From: an uncultured bacterium
Lineage (GTDB): Bacteria; Patescibacteriota; Saccharimonadia; UBA4664
Assembly: GCA_963740635.1 (NCBI GenBank)
Contig: CAVUEQ010000001.1
Span: 145,026-209,025, forward strand
Reading direction: 5' to 3'
Length of the DNA: 64,000 bases
Positions 17,771 through 26,261 of this stretch are shown here, in pieces (the stretch's first letter is position 1; every line of letters starts with the position of its first letter). The notes under the pieces are model-generated. The model worked only from the letters and a program-made list of their open reading frames with translations, made no database searches and had not been told where the DNA came from. Both the position numbers and the translations under genes were made by a program.

Positions 17771-18856
17771 TTGAACAAACTGTTGACCGTAGTAACGAAA
17801 TTTGCCCGCGTTTTGGCGGCTAGTTTAATTGTGGTCACGGTGGGCCTGCCGGTGGCAGCCAATGCTGATGGGGGCCGGGACTGTGTGGCCAACTCAATAA
17901 TGTGGTGCGGCGCCCTCACTAAAACCGAGTGGGTGAATAAGGTCCACGCCGGTGACGGCCACAATTCGGCCGCCAATATCCAACAGATTTATTTTAAGGA
18001 AGGCCGCGGCATTACCGAGGCGGACTTCAAGAGCTCGTGCACGGTTGACGGGGTGGCTTATAAGGACGGCCGCGTGGTTGTGGGCGGCAAAACCGTCGCG
18101 ACCGGCGCGAAAAGTATTGGCCGCGCCCAGCAGCCGGGGGCGGTGCGCAGCGGCAGCGTCTGGATGACTCCGAACCAAAATGCGTTTTTGTCGGGTTCAA
18201 TTTCGGCCTGGGTGGATATGTGCGGCGGCCAATTTCACTGGTTTATCTTGAAGTCTTGCGGTAATGCCGGGGTGGGCATGGCGGTGGCGAAGCCCACGCC
18301 TGCCCCGACGCCAAAGCCGGCCCCCAAGATTAGCCCCACTCCTAAACCCACGCCGGCCCCGGTGCTGTCATTTAAGTGCCTCTCATTGCGCGAATTCAAG
18401 CCCGCGGACCAGCCGGATGTGTTTAGGTTCACCGTGGACAGCAATGTGGATGGAGTGACGCTCACGGGCTTCCGCTTCACTGCGCAGCAGGAAGGCTCCG
18501 ATAACGCTGCGGATGTGAGCGACACCGACGCCGGCACGAATTTTAAAGACTACTCGTTTGCTTCGGGGACTTGGGTGGTGCAGGCGCAGGTAAAGACGAG
18601 TGCCGGCATTACCGCCATCAATGATGACTGCACCGCTATGGTGACCGTGCCGGTTGCGCCTTCGACCTCGCCGTCGCCGGCGCCGAAGCCCACAGGTGAG
18701 GTGCTGGGTGCCGCGACGCTACCGGCCACCGGCCCGGAAGTGTTGTTGGGTGGAGCCGCGGGCCTCACGGCTATCGGTTATGCCGGCCGGGCCTACCTGC
18801 GCTCGCGTAAGTCGCTGCTGGCGGCTATGCGCACCGACCGCACCAACAAATCCTAA
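17771..18856 (+). CDS. LPXTG-type surface protein, paralogue 1 (361 aa)
   Basis: AAGGGAGG RBS plus TTG start. Signal peptide, Cys-containing N-domain, PT-rich linker (KPTPAPTPKPAPKISPTPKPTPAP), beta-rich domain, PS linker, LPATG, TM, basic tail. Confidence 0.75.
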   Translation: MNKLLTVVTKFARVLAASLIVVTVGLPVAANADGGRDCVANSIMWCGALTKTEWVNKVHAGDGHNSAANIQQIYFKEGRGITEADFKSSCTVDGVAYKDGRVVVGGKTVATGAKSIGRAQQPGAVRSGSVWMTPNQNAFLSGSISAWVDMCGGQFHWFILKSCGNAGVGMAVAKPTPAPTPKPAPKISPTPKPTPAPVLSFKCLSLREFKPADQPDVFRFTVDSNVDGVTLTGFRFTAQQEGSDNAADVSDTDAGTNFKDYSFASGTWVVQAQVKTSAGITAINDDCTAMVTVPVAPSTSPSPAPKPTGEVLGAATLPATGPEVLLGGAAGLTAIGYAGRAYLRSRKSLLAAMRTDRTNKS

Positions 18857-18927
18857 CCGCGCGTCCGCGGGGCTCCGGCCCCGGAACGTGTAATTGACGC
18901 CCTTCGCGCACATGGCGCGCATAGGCT

Positions 18928-18956
18928 AAAAACCTCCCCAAATGCGGGAGGTTTTT
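18928..18956 (+). terminator. intrinsic terminator after LPXTG gene 1
   Basis: AACCTCCC-CAAATGC-GGGAGGTT followed by TTTT. Confidence 0.7.
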
Positions 18957-18982
18957 ATGTTTGCATATTGACATTGTGTACA

Positions 18983-19011
18983 TTGACAGGTTGTTATTTT
19001 TATGGTAATGT
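18983..19011 (+). promoter_or_regulatory. candidate promoter of LPXTG gene 2 (TTGACA-17-TAATGT)
   Basis: TTGACA at 18983-18988 and TAATGT at 19006-19011. Confidence 0.45.
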
Positions 19012-19052
19012 GTTATGACTTTTTATTTGAGTGACAGAGGGAGGGGCCGGTT

Positions 19053-19748
19053 ATGTATAATTTTTTGGTACATAAACGGCCGTTGCGGGTTATTGCGGCT
19101 ATTTTAGTGGGTGGCTGCTTGTGCTTGCCTGTCCTGGCAGCCGCAGGTTCTTCAACGCCTGCTCCCGGTTCGAAGCCGGCTCCCGGTCCGATCGGCACTT
19201 TCTCGTGCGTGGCCCTGGTGCCGGTCCAGCCCGATTTTGTGGGTAACCCAAGCCGGTGGCGTTTCACCGTGAGCCCGCATATCGCCGAGGGAGTGACGGT
19301 GACAGGCTACCGGTTTACGCGTCATCAAGAAGGGGAGGATACTACCCCAACCGAGGTTTTCGACACCGACGCCGCCACGAACTTTATCGAGTTTACATTT
19401 GGACCTGGCACTTGGCTGGTGACCGGACAAATCATGACCACATCCGGAATCACGGCCGTGAGCCAAAAATGCTCGGTGATAACGACCATGCCCGTGGGCA
19501 CGAGTCCGGCGTCACAGCCGGTCTCGGCGCAGTCACCGGGGCAGGGCGGCCAGGGGCAGGGCGGCCAGGGTCAGGGCCAGGGTCAGGGCCAGGTGTTGGG
19601 GTCGGCGTCACTGCCGGACACTGGCCCCGCAGCAATGCTGGCCGGGGCACTTGGGCTGACGGCGATCGGCTATGCCGCCCGGGCGTACCTGCGATCGCGC
19701 CAGTCATTGCATCAGCTGCATCGGAGCGACCGGACGAACAAATCTTAA
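19053..19748 (+). CDS. LPXTG-type surface protein, paralogue 2 (231 aa)
   Basis: GAGGGAGGGG RBS plus ATG. Signal peptide, the same beta-rich domain as paralogue 1, a GQ-repeat linker, LPDTG, TM, and a conserved tail RAYLRSRQSL...DRTNKS. Confidence 0.75.
   Translation: MYNFLVHKRPLRVIAAILVGGCLCLPVLAAAGSSTPAPGSKPAPGPIGTFSCVALVPVQPDFVGNPSRWRFTVSPHIAEGVTVTGYRFTRHQEGEDTTPTEVFDTDAATNFIEFTFGPGTWLVTGQIMTTSGITAVSQKCSVITTMPVGTSPASQPVSAQSPGQGGQGQGGQGQGQGQGQVLGSASLPDTGPAAMLAGALGLTAIGYAARAYLRSRQSLHQLHRSDRTNKS
19539..19592 (+). repeat. in-frame tandem GGN-CAG repeat encoding GQGGQGQGGQGQGQGQGQ
   Basis: Read directly: ggg cag ggc ggc cag ggg cag ggc ggc cag ggt cag ggc cag ggt cag ggc cag. Confidence 0.9.
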
Positions 19749-19756
19749 GGACGGTC

Positions 19757-19786
19757 AAAAACCTCCTCAAAACCGGGGAGGTTTTT
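19757..19786 (+). terminator. intrinsic terminator after LPXTG gene 2
   Basis: AACCTCC-(10 nt loop)-GGAGGTT followed by TTTT. Sequence is similar to the terminator at 18928. Confidence 0.7.
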
Positions 19787-19820
19787 GGGTACAGAACTAG
19801 ACAAAACGGCGCCCTCAGGT

Positions 19821-19829
19821 TGTGGATAA
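19821..19829 (-). promoter_or_regulatory. perfect DnaA-box 9-mer (TGTGGATAA = reverse complement of TTATCCACA)
   Basis: Exact consensus match, 9 nt upstream of the candidate -35 of the mraZ promoter. Confidence 0.35.
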
Positions 19830-19837
19830 CATTGCAC

Positions 19838-19889
19838 TGGACAGTGGGTTAAAGTGGGGATTATACTGGCTTCAGTGGGTTGCAGTGGG
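19838..19889 (+). promoter_or_regulatory. candidate dcw (mraZ) promoter with four GTGGG MraZ-box-like direct repeats
   Basis: TGGACA (19838-19843), 18 nt spacer, TATACT (19862-19867). AGTGGG repeats start at 19843, 19853, 19874 and 19884, forming two pairs with 10-bp phasing. Confidence 0.55.
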
Positions 19890-19916
19890 TAGCACAACCA
19901 CGGTAGGAATCACAAA

Positions 19917-20270
19917 TTGGATTACTTCGAACGAAAACTGGACGACAAGAACCGTCTGACGATTCCGTCAGAGCTGCGTCACGAGTTCGAAGGCGGCCAA
20001 GTGGTGCTCACCAGGGGATTTGCCAAGTACCTGCATCTGTACACTGAAAAAGTCTGGAACGAAGAAATGGAAGTGGCTCTCGGAGGCAATATCCTCGACG
20101 AGCACACCGCCGACCTCAACGTTCAGTTCAGAAGCGGTAAGACGGTCGCGGGCATGGATGCCAAGCAGGGCCGGATTACCATCGAGCATCACCTTTTGGA
20201 ATACGCTGGAATTGGCAAGGAGGTGGTGGCGGTAAGGGCCGGAAAATACTGGCGCATTACCGCAAAATAA
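19917..20270 (+). CDS. mraZ: transcriptional regulator MraZ (short form, 117 aa)
   Basis: Two SpoVT/AbrB-like halves with LDDKNRLTIPSELR and MDAKQGRITIEHHLLEY. TTG start. First gene of the dcw cluster. Confidence 0.8.
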   Translation: MDYFERKLDDKNRLTIPSELRHEFEGGQVVLTRGFAKYLHLYTEKVWNEEMEVALGGNILDEHTADLNVQFRSGKTVAGMDAKQGRITIEHHLLEYAGIGKEVVAVRAGKYWRITAK

Positions 20271-20584
20271 TATATTCGATTTTTTACCAAAAAAAGAACC
20301 TTCAAATACAAATACAAACATTTTAAAGGCAGCTATTCGGCAGTCAGCAAGACGGCCATTAGGCTCCCGTTAACCAAACTCAGCCTTGAACCTCCGATCG
20401 TAAACTCCACCTCACAACACACTCTTTTTAGGAATTATCAACTCTCACGAGCGATAATTCCTTACCGCACTGCTAGGTCTTCCTCGGCCTAGCAACTCCA
20501 CTCAGCACCGCCAGAGTTAAAACCGCGGTAAAAAAACAAAAACTTTTACACAAACAGCTGGCTGCTGAATAGGTGACCTTGAAA

Positions 20585-21511
20585 ATGAATACCCCAGATC
20601 ACACACCAGTAATGCTTAGGCAGGTACTCGAGGTGCTCGAGCCCAAAACAGGCGACACCTACCTTGATTGCACAGCCGGATACGGTGGGCACGCCGCTTC
20701 GGTTCTTGAGCGTGTCGGGCCCAGCGGACAGGCGATACTGGTGGACCGGGACGCCAATGCCACGAGGGCGTTGGACGAGCGGTTTGGCGGTGAAGTGGAT
20801 GTGATCCACGCGGATTTCCTGGAGGCGGCCGGCCGGCTGTGTGATGAGGGGATGCGGGTGGATAGGATCCTGCTAGATCTGGGGGTGTCGTCACCACAAT
20901 TTGACAATGCGGAGAGGGGATTCAGCTTTAAGGCTGATGTGCCGCTCGACATGCGCATGGACCGCTCGCAATCATACACGGCGGCCGATGTGGTCAACCG
21001 CCTGCCGGAACGCCGGCTGGCCGAGATCATCAAGGCGTATGGCGAGGAGCCGAAAGCCCGCGCTGTGGCCCGGGCCATCGTGGCGGCCAGGCCGCTGCGA
21101 ACCACGGGCGAATTGGCCAAAGTCGTACGCCGCGTGGCCGTGCAAGGCGACATCGACGCCGCGACGCGTACGTTTCAGGCGATCCGGATCGAAGTCAACG
21201 GCGAGCTCGACCAATTGCGCGAGGCTCTGCCAAAATTAGCAAAGCTCTTGAGCTTTGGCGGAAGACTTGTTACAATAAGCTTCCATTCCCTAGAAGACCG
21301 CATCGTCAAACAGTTCTTTGAATATGAATCCCGTGACTGTATCTGCCCCCCAAAGCAGCCCGTGTGTACTTGCGACCACGTGGCCAGCTTGCGTAAAATT
21401 ACCACCAAGCCGCTAGTCCCGGATTCCACCGAAATTGCTATCAATCCGCGCGCCAGGAGTGCAAAGCTCCGGGCCGCCGAAAAAATAAACAAAAACAAAA
21501 GGAGGGACTAA
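20585..21511 (+). CDS. rsmH: 16S rRNA (cytosine1402-N4)-methyltransferase RsmH
   Basis: HTPVMLRQVLEVL, DCTAGYGGHA, LLDLGVSSPQFD and FHSLEDRIVK are RsmH/MraW signatures. Confidence 0.92.
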   Translation: MNTPDHTPVMLRQVLEVLEPKTGDTYLDCTAGYGGHAASVLERVGPSGQAILVDRDANATRALDERFGGEVDVIHADFLEAAGRLCDEGMRVDRILLDLGVSSPQFDNAERGFSFKADVPLDMRMDRSQSYTAADVVNRLPERRLAEIIKAYGEEPKARAVARAIVAARPLRTTGELAKVVRRVAVQGDIDAATRTFQAIRIEVNGELDQLREALPKLAKLLSFGGRLVTISFHSLEDRIVKQFFEYESRDCICPPKQPVCTCDHVASLRKITTKPLVPDSTEIAINPRARSAKLRAAEKINKNKRRD

Positions 21512-21574
21512 ATGTCCATCAAGGTCGAAGGACGCTCACGACGCGTCGCAATCAAGGTCCGCGTTAAGAAATAA
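21512..21574 (+). CDS. candidate 20-aa basic small ORF (MSIKVEGRSRRVAIKVRVKK)
   Basis: The ATG lies directly after the rsmH TAA, with AAAGGAGGG 5 nt upstream. There is no other support. Confidence 0.2.
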   Translation: MSIKVEGRSRRVAIKVRVKK

Positions 21575-21689
21575 CGTAGGCCTATTGGCTGTGCGTGGCC
21601 ACAATATATCTGGGCCGCGCACAGCCGCCAGTAACCGCACCAAAAAAACGCACCAAACGCACCCAAAAATAAAAAAAGAAACACAAAAA

Positions 21690-22010
21690 ATGTCTACCGC
21701 TACTCTTACGGCGCGCCGTAACCAAAATTTGTATCGCCAGCCGACCAGCATTGTGCTTGGCCCGACTTCGGCGACCTTCGTGGTGATCGCACTTATCAGT
21801 GTGCTTGCTTTGCTGTATTTGCATCAGATTACTAAGACCGGCACGCTGGGTTACCGCGTGACTGATTTGGCGGCGACCCGCGACAAAGTCCTGCATGAGC
21901 GCCAGGACCTGAGCGTGGAAGCGGCCAGGCTGCAATCGATTCAGGCCACCAAGAGTTCGGCGGCGGTGGCGGCCATGGTGCCGACGACCCAGGTCTCGTA
22001 CGCGAAGTAA
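21690..22010 (+). CDS. ftsL: FtsL-like bitopic cell-division protein
   Basis: 106 aa: short basic N-terminus, one TM (FVVIALISVLALLYL), then a coiled-coil-like segment. The call rests on its position between rsmH and ftsI. Confidence 0.6.
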   Translation: MSTATLTARRNQNLYRQPTSIVLGPTSATFVVIALISVLALLYLHQITKTGTLGYRVTDLAATRDKVLHERQDLSVEAARLQSIQATKSSAAVAAMVPTTQVSYAK

Positions 22011-22143
22011 TTCCATGCACGTTCCATCGATCATAATAATAGCAACCCTAGCCGGCCGGTCGTGTGCTTTTTGTTGCACCGAACGGTTGCAGGAGTGGCG
22101 GTACCGCTGGGCGGTGGCACATGAGGGACACTAGAATAAGCCA

Positions 22144-23907
22144 ATGACTAGCACCTTCGACCGAATCCGTCAGCGCCGGCGCATCAGCACCCTCACGGTG
22201 CTGCTGATTGTGTTTGGGGTGGGCTTAAGCGCGCGGCTGACGTATTTGCAGGTGCTGCAACACGGGCGTTATTTGACGCAGGCGGCTAACGAGCACACGC
22301 GCAAATATGAAGTGCCGGCCCGGCGGGGCGAATTATACGTGCACGACGCAGACGCTATGAGTGCCGTGGCGCTAAATCAGACGCTGGCTTTGGTGTATGC
22401 GGATCCGCGCTATGTGACGGACAAGAACGACGCCGCAGGCAAGCTGGCCGGAGTACTGGGCGGGACCCCGCAATCGTATCTGCAGAAGTTGAATAACGGT
22501 ATCGAGTACGCCGTGCTGGCTACCCGCGTGCCCCGGGACCAGGCCAATAAGGTGAAGGCGCTGGGGATCGCCGGGGTAACGGCGGTGGACCGCGATTACC
22601 GCACATACCCGGAGGGGCAGCTGGCGGCCCAGGCCTTGGGGTTTGTGAACGCCGACGGGCAGGGGCAGTACGGCATTGAGGGGTATCTGGATGATTCGCT
22701 GGCCGGCACAGCGGGGCAATTGTCGGGCAAAACCGACGCTCACGGTTTGCCGATCTATACGTCGGCGGCCGATGTGCCGAAGCAGCCGGTGGACGGCACG
22801 AGCTATTTGCTCACGATTGACCGCAACATCCAGGCGATGGCCGAGCAGGAGCTGGCCGCGCAGGTACAGAAGGTGAAGGCCAAATCCGGCAGTATCATTG
22901 TGCTCGACCCCTCGAACGGGGCGGTGCGGGCGATGGCGAATTTTCCCACCTTTGACCCCAATGCCTATAGCAGAGTGAGCGATTATGGCGTGTTTGTGAA
23001 CCAGGCGGTGTCGAACCAGTTTGAGCCGGGGTCGGGCATGAAGGCATTCACCATGGCGACCGGCCTCGACCAGGGCAAGGTGAAGCCCGATACCACCTAT
23101 GACGACCCGGGGTGCTTTAAGGTGGACGACCGGCAGGTGTGTAATGCCAGCGGCGACAAGCCCGGCAAGGGCAAAACCATGACCGTGGTGCTGCGGGATT
23201 CGCTCAACACCGGCATTATGTTCGTTTTGAGGCTGTTGGGCGGGGATCCGAATAAATTTACGCTGGCCGGTAAGAAGACGCTTTACAGCTACTTCACTGC
23301 TCATTTCGGGTTTGGCGAGCGAACCGGTATCGAGCAGTCAAATGAGGCTGCGGGCTCCATAACCAAGCCGAGCAACGCCGCCGGTAATAATGTGACCTAC
23401 GCCAACATGGCCTTTGGCCAGGGTCTGAGCGTGACCATGATCCAGATGACGGCGGCCATGGCGGCAATGGCCAACGGCGGGCATTTGTACCAGCCGCATC
23501 TGGTGGAAGGGACGATTAAGCCCGATGGGACCGTGGCCGCCAAGACCTATAAGTCACTAAAGGACTCGGTGATAAATCCGCAGGCCGCGGCCGACCTGAA
23601 CGGCATGCTGCAGGTGGTGGTGCAGCATGGTTCAGGCTACATCGCCGGCGGCATGAACCCGGGCTACAAGATCGCGGGTAAGACCGGGACAGCACAGATT
23701 CCAAAGCCCGACGGCACGGGCTACATCGATGGCGCCAACATCGGCTCGTTTTTGGGCTTCGCGCCGGCAGAGAGCCCTAAATTTGTGGTGATGGTGCGCA
23801 TCAACGAGCCAGGCGTGCCGGGCTATGCCGAGACGACGACGGTGCCGGTGTTTGGCGACGTTTGCCGATGGCTGTTCAAATATTACGGCATTCCGCCGTC
23901 GTCGTAG
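22144..23907 (+). CDS. ftsI: division-specific class B penicillin-binding protein (FtsI/PBP3-like)
   Basis: N-terminal TM. SxxK = GSGMKAF, SxN = DSLNTG, KTG = GKTGTAQ. Confidence 0.9.
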   Translation: MTSTFDRIRQRRRISTLTVLLIVFGVGLSARLTYLQVLQHGRYLTQAANEHTRKYEVPARRGELYVHDADAMSAVALNQTLALVYADPRYVTDKNDAAGKLAGVLGGTPQSYLQKLNNGIEYAVLATRVPRDQANKVKALGIAGVTAVDRDYRTYPEGQLAAQALGFVNADGQGQYGIEGYLDDSLAGTAGQLSGKTDAHGLPIYTSAADVPKQPVDGTSYLLTIDRNIQAMAEQELAAQVQKVKAKSGSIIVLDPSNGAVRAMANFPTFDPNAYSRVSDYGVFVNQAVSNQFEPGSGMKAFTMATGLDQGKVKPDTTYDDPGCFKVDDRQVCNASGDKPGKGKTMTVVLRDSLNTGIMFVLRLLGGDPNKFTLAGKKTLYSYFTAHFGFGERTGIEQSNEAAGSITKPSNAAGNNVTYANMAFGQGLSVTMIQMTAAMAAMANGGHLYQPHLVEGTIKPDGTVAAKTYKSLKDSVINPQAAADLNGMLQVVVQHGSGYIAGGMNPGYKIAGKTGTAQIPKPDGTGYIDGANIGSFLGFAPAESPKFVVMVRINEPGVPGYAETTTVPVFGDVCRWLFKYYGIPPSS

Positions 23908-23970
23908 CGCCGTACCCGGCCGCTGAGCTCAGATATGCTAAACTAATTAAGATCCGGAAAACCTGCAAAA

Positions 23971-25032
23971 ATGTCATTTCTACCACCTATCAACTTCATT
24001 CACGCACACCAGGTAACTTCGCTGTCACGGGTGGGGATATTGGCGTTCGGGGCGTTTGGGTTGTCGATGCTGCTGACCCCGGTGTATACCCGGCTGGCGT
24101 TCAAACACAAGCTCTGGAAACAGCAGCGGACCGAGGCGGTGACCGGGGAAAAAGCGCCGGTGTACGCCAAGCTGCATGCCGCTAAGCACAAAGGCAACAT
24201 CCCGACCATGGGCGGGGTGGTGACCATTGTGGCAATTGCCGTGATTACGCTCTTATTTAACTTGTCGCGCAACCAAACCTGGCTGCCGTTGTTTGTGCTG
24301 GTAGCGGCCGGACTGGTGGGCTTGTTTGACGATTACCTGAATATCCGGGCTGAGGGCGTGGGGTTGGGCGTGGCCGGCCTGCGGGCCAAGATCAAATTCA
24401 GCCTTATTTCGAGCATCGCCATCATTGGGGCGCTGTACTTTTACTTTAAGCTTGATTACAACCTGATTCACATTCCGGCGGTAGGCGATTATAACATCGG
24501 GTGGCTGTACATTCCGTTGTTTATCGGGCTGGTAGTATCGACGGCTAATGCCGTGAACATTACCGACGGCCTCGATGGGCTGTCGGGCGGGCTGCTGTCT
24601 ACCGCGTTCGGAGTGTACACCGTGATCGCGTATTTCCAGGGCAACTACGGTATCGCCGGGTTTTGCGCGACGGTGGTGGGAGCGTTGCTGACGTTTACCT
24701 GGTTTAACATTTACCCGGCGCGGTTCTTCATGGGCGATTCGGGGGCTTTTGGGTTGGGGACGGCGCTGGGCGTGATCGTGATGCTGACCAATACGGTGGC
24801 GGTATTCCCGATCATCGCGGCAGTGTTTGTGGTGGAGGCAGGGTCGAGCGCGCTCCAGATCCTGTCGAAGAAAATCCGGCACAAGAAAATATTTTTGTCG
24901 GCGCCTTTGCACCATCACCTGGAGGCGATCGGCTGGCCCGAGACCAAGGTAACGATGCGGCTGTGGGTGATTGGGCAAGTGGTCGGGGCTTTGGGGCTGG
25001 TGCTGGCCCTGCTGGGGAATAAACTTTCGTGA
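23971..25032 (+). CDS. mraY: phospho-N-acetylmuramoyl-pentapeptide transferase
   Basis: Polytopic protein with NAVNITDGLDGLSGG and FMGDSGAFGLG motifs. Confidence 0.92.
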   Translation: MSFLPPINFIHAHQVTSLSRVGILAFGAFGLSMLLTPVYTRLAFKHKLWKQQRTEAVTGEKAPVYAKLHAAKHKGNIPTMGGVVTIVAIAVITLLFNLSRNQTWLPLFVLVAAGLVGLFDDYLNIRAEGVGLGVAGLRAKIKFSLISSIAIIGALYFYFKLDYNLIHIPAVGDYNIGWLYIPLFIGLVVSTANAVNITDGLDGLSGGLLSTAFGVYTVIAYFQGNYGIAGFCATVVGALLTFTWFNIYPARFFMGDSGAFGLGTALGVIVMLTNTVAVFPIIAAVFVVEAGSSALQILSKKIRHKKIFLSAPLHHHLEAIGWPETKVTMRLWVIGQVVGALGLVLALLGNKLS

Positions 25033-26261
25033 CCAAAGCGGGAGTGTCACCGGCTAGGGTTCACCGCATTGACTACACGATTGCGTTGGTGGTGACGGTG
25101 CTGCTCGCGGTCGGCCTGGTGATGATGTACTCGATTAGCCCCATCCTGAGCCATAAACTCACGGGCAGCGCCGACCGCAATTATTACTTCGTCAATCAAA
25201 TCCGGTATGTGGTGCTGGGTCTTGCGGGCTGGATCGCGGCCACGGCCATCCCGTACACGGTGTGGCGGCGGCATGCACCAAAGGTCCTAGGCGTGGCGGC
25301 GGTGGCGGTAGTGGCGCTGATGGTGCCGGGGCTGGCGCAGAACTCGCATGGCGCCACGCGCTGGCTGCAGATTGGGCCGGTGAGCGTGCAGCCGGCGGAG
25401 TTGCTCAAGCTGGCACTGATCTTGTATTTGGCGGCTTGGTTTGAGCGCCGGGAGAGCGAGTTGCGCTCGTGGTGGGACGGTGTGGTGCCGTTTAGCATCA
25501 TGGTGGGCGCGGCGTGCTTTGTGATTGTGGTGCTGCAGCGTGACATGGGAACCATGGTGGTGCTGCTGGCGGCGGTGCTGGCTATGTTCTACGCCGCCGG
25601 TATGCGCCTCACGCACCTGGGCGCGCTGCTGGCCGCCGGCGGGGCGTTGGGCTGGGCGGCCATCGCCATGTTTCCGCACCGGGTGAGCCGCTTGGCGACC
25701 TTCCTCGATCCGCACTGCAATGACCCCAAATACGCGCTCGATAGTTCGCTGCACGTCTGCCAGGCGCTGCTGGGCGTGGGCTCGGGGGGTATTTTGGGCT
25801 TGGGCTTGGGTCACAGCATTCAGGTTTACGGCTATTTGCCCGAGGCTGCCAACGACTCGATTTTTGCCATTATCGCCGAGGAGTTCGGCCTCATTGGCTC
25901 GCTGGTGGTTATTGGACTATTTGGGCTTTTGGTGTATCGCGGATTCAAAGTGGCCCGGTCGGCGCCGGATATGTTCGCCCGGCTTGTGGCCACGGGCATT
26001 TCGGTGTGGCTGCTGTTTCAGGCCGTTATTAATATAGGGGCGATGCTGTCACTGGTGCCGCTGACCGGTATTCCTCTGCCATTTATTTCCTACGGCGGCA
26101 CAAGCCTGGTGGTGACACTGTTTGCAGTGGGGATTTTACTCAATATTTCGAAGTACACTGTAAGAGAGGTAAGCGATGCGAGTAGTAGTGAGCGGCGGGG
26201 GGTCAGCCGGCCACATTTTGCCGACCTTGGCAACCAGCGACGCGTTAAAGTCGCTCGATAG
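25029..26261 (+). CDS. ftsW: SEDS-family peptidoglycan polymerase FtsW
   Basis: Polytopic protein with LPEAANDSIFAIIAEEFGLIG and PLPFISYGGTS, which are SEDS signatures. GTGA overlap with mraY. Its 3' end overlaps murG by 86 nt. Confidence 0.88.
   Translation: MTKAGVSPARVHRIDYTIALVVTVLLAVGLVMMYSISPILSHKLTGSADRNYYFVNQIRYVVLGLAGWIAATAIPYTVWRRHAPKVLGVAAVAVVALMVPGLAQNSHGATRWLQIGPVSVQPAELLKLALILYLAAWFERRESELRSWWDGVVPFSIMVGAACFVIVVLQRDMGTMVVLLAAVLAMFYAAGMRLTHLGALLAAGGALGWAAIAMFPHRVSRLATFLDPHCNDPKYALDSSLHVCQALLGVGSGGILGLGLGHSIQVYGYLPEAANDSIFAIIAEEFGLIGSLVVIGLFGLLVYRGFKVARSAPDMFARLVATGISVWLLFQAVINIGAMLSLVPLTGIPLPFISYGGTSLVVTLFAVGILLNISKYTVREVSDASSSERRGVSRPHFADLGNQRRVKVAR

Noticed and set aside
21630-21675. 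CRISPR-like or other array from the CGCACC(A)n repeats, and likewise the GQ repeat at 19539-19592
   Set aside because: The units are 9-13 nt with no spacers of CRISPR size. One set lies inside a coding region. No cas genes are in the window.
22098-22107. T-box-like GGCGGTACCGC upstream of ftsI
   Set aside because: It is a simple 10-bp palindrome (GCGGTACCGC). It lacks the rest of the T-box architecture (specifier loop, stem I, terminator/antiterminator), and it precedes a non-aminoacyl-tRNA-related gene.
26176-26261. 86-nt ftsW/murG overlap as evidence of a frameshift error
   Set aside because: The murG N-terminal G-loop (SGGGSAGHILP) is in frame from the ATG at 26176, which has a good RBS. 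All ftsW SEDS motifs are upstream of the overlap. The long overlap is most simply a stop-poor GC-rich tail, although read-level checking of the G7 run at 26198-26204 would be prudent.
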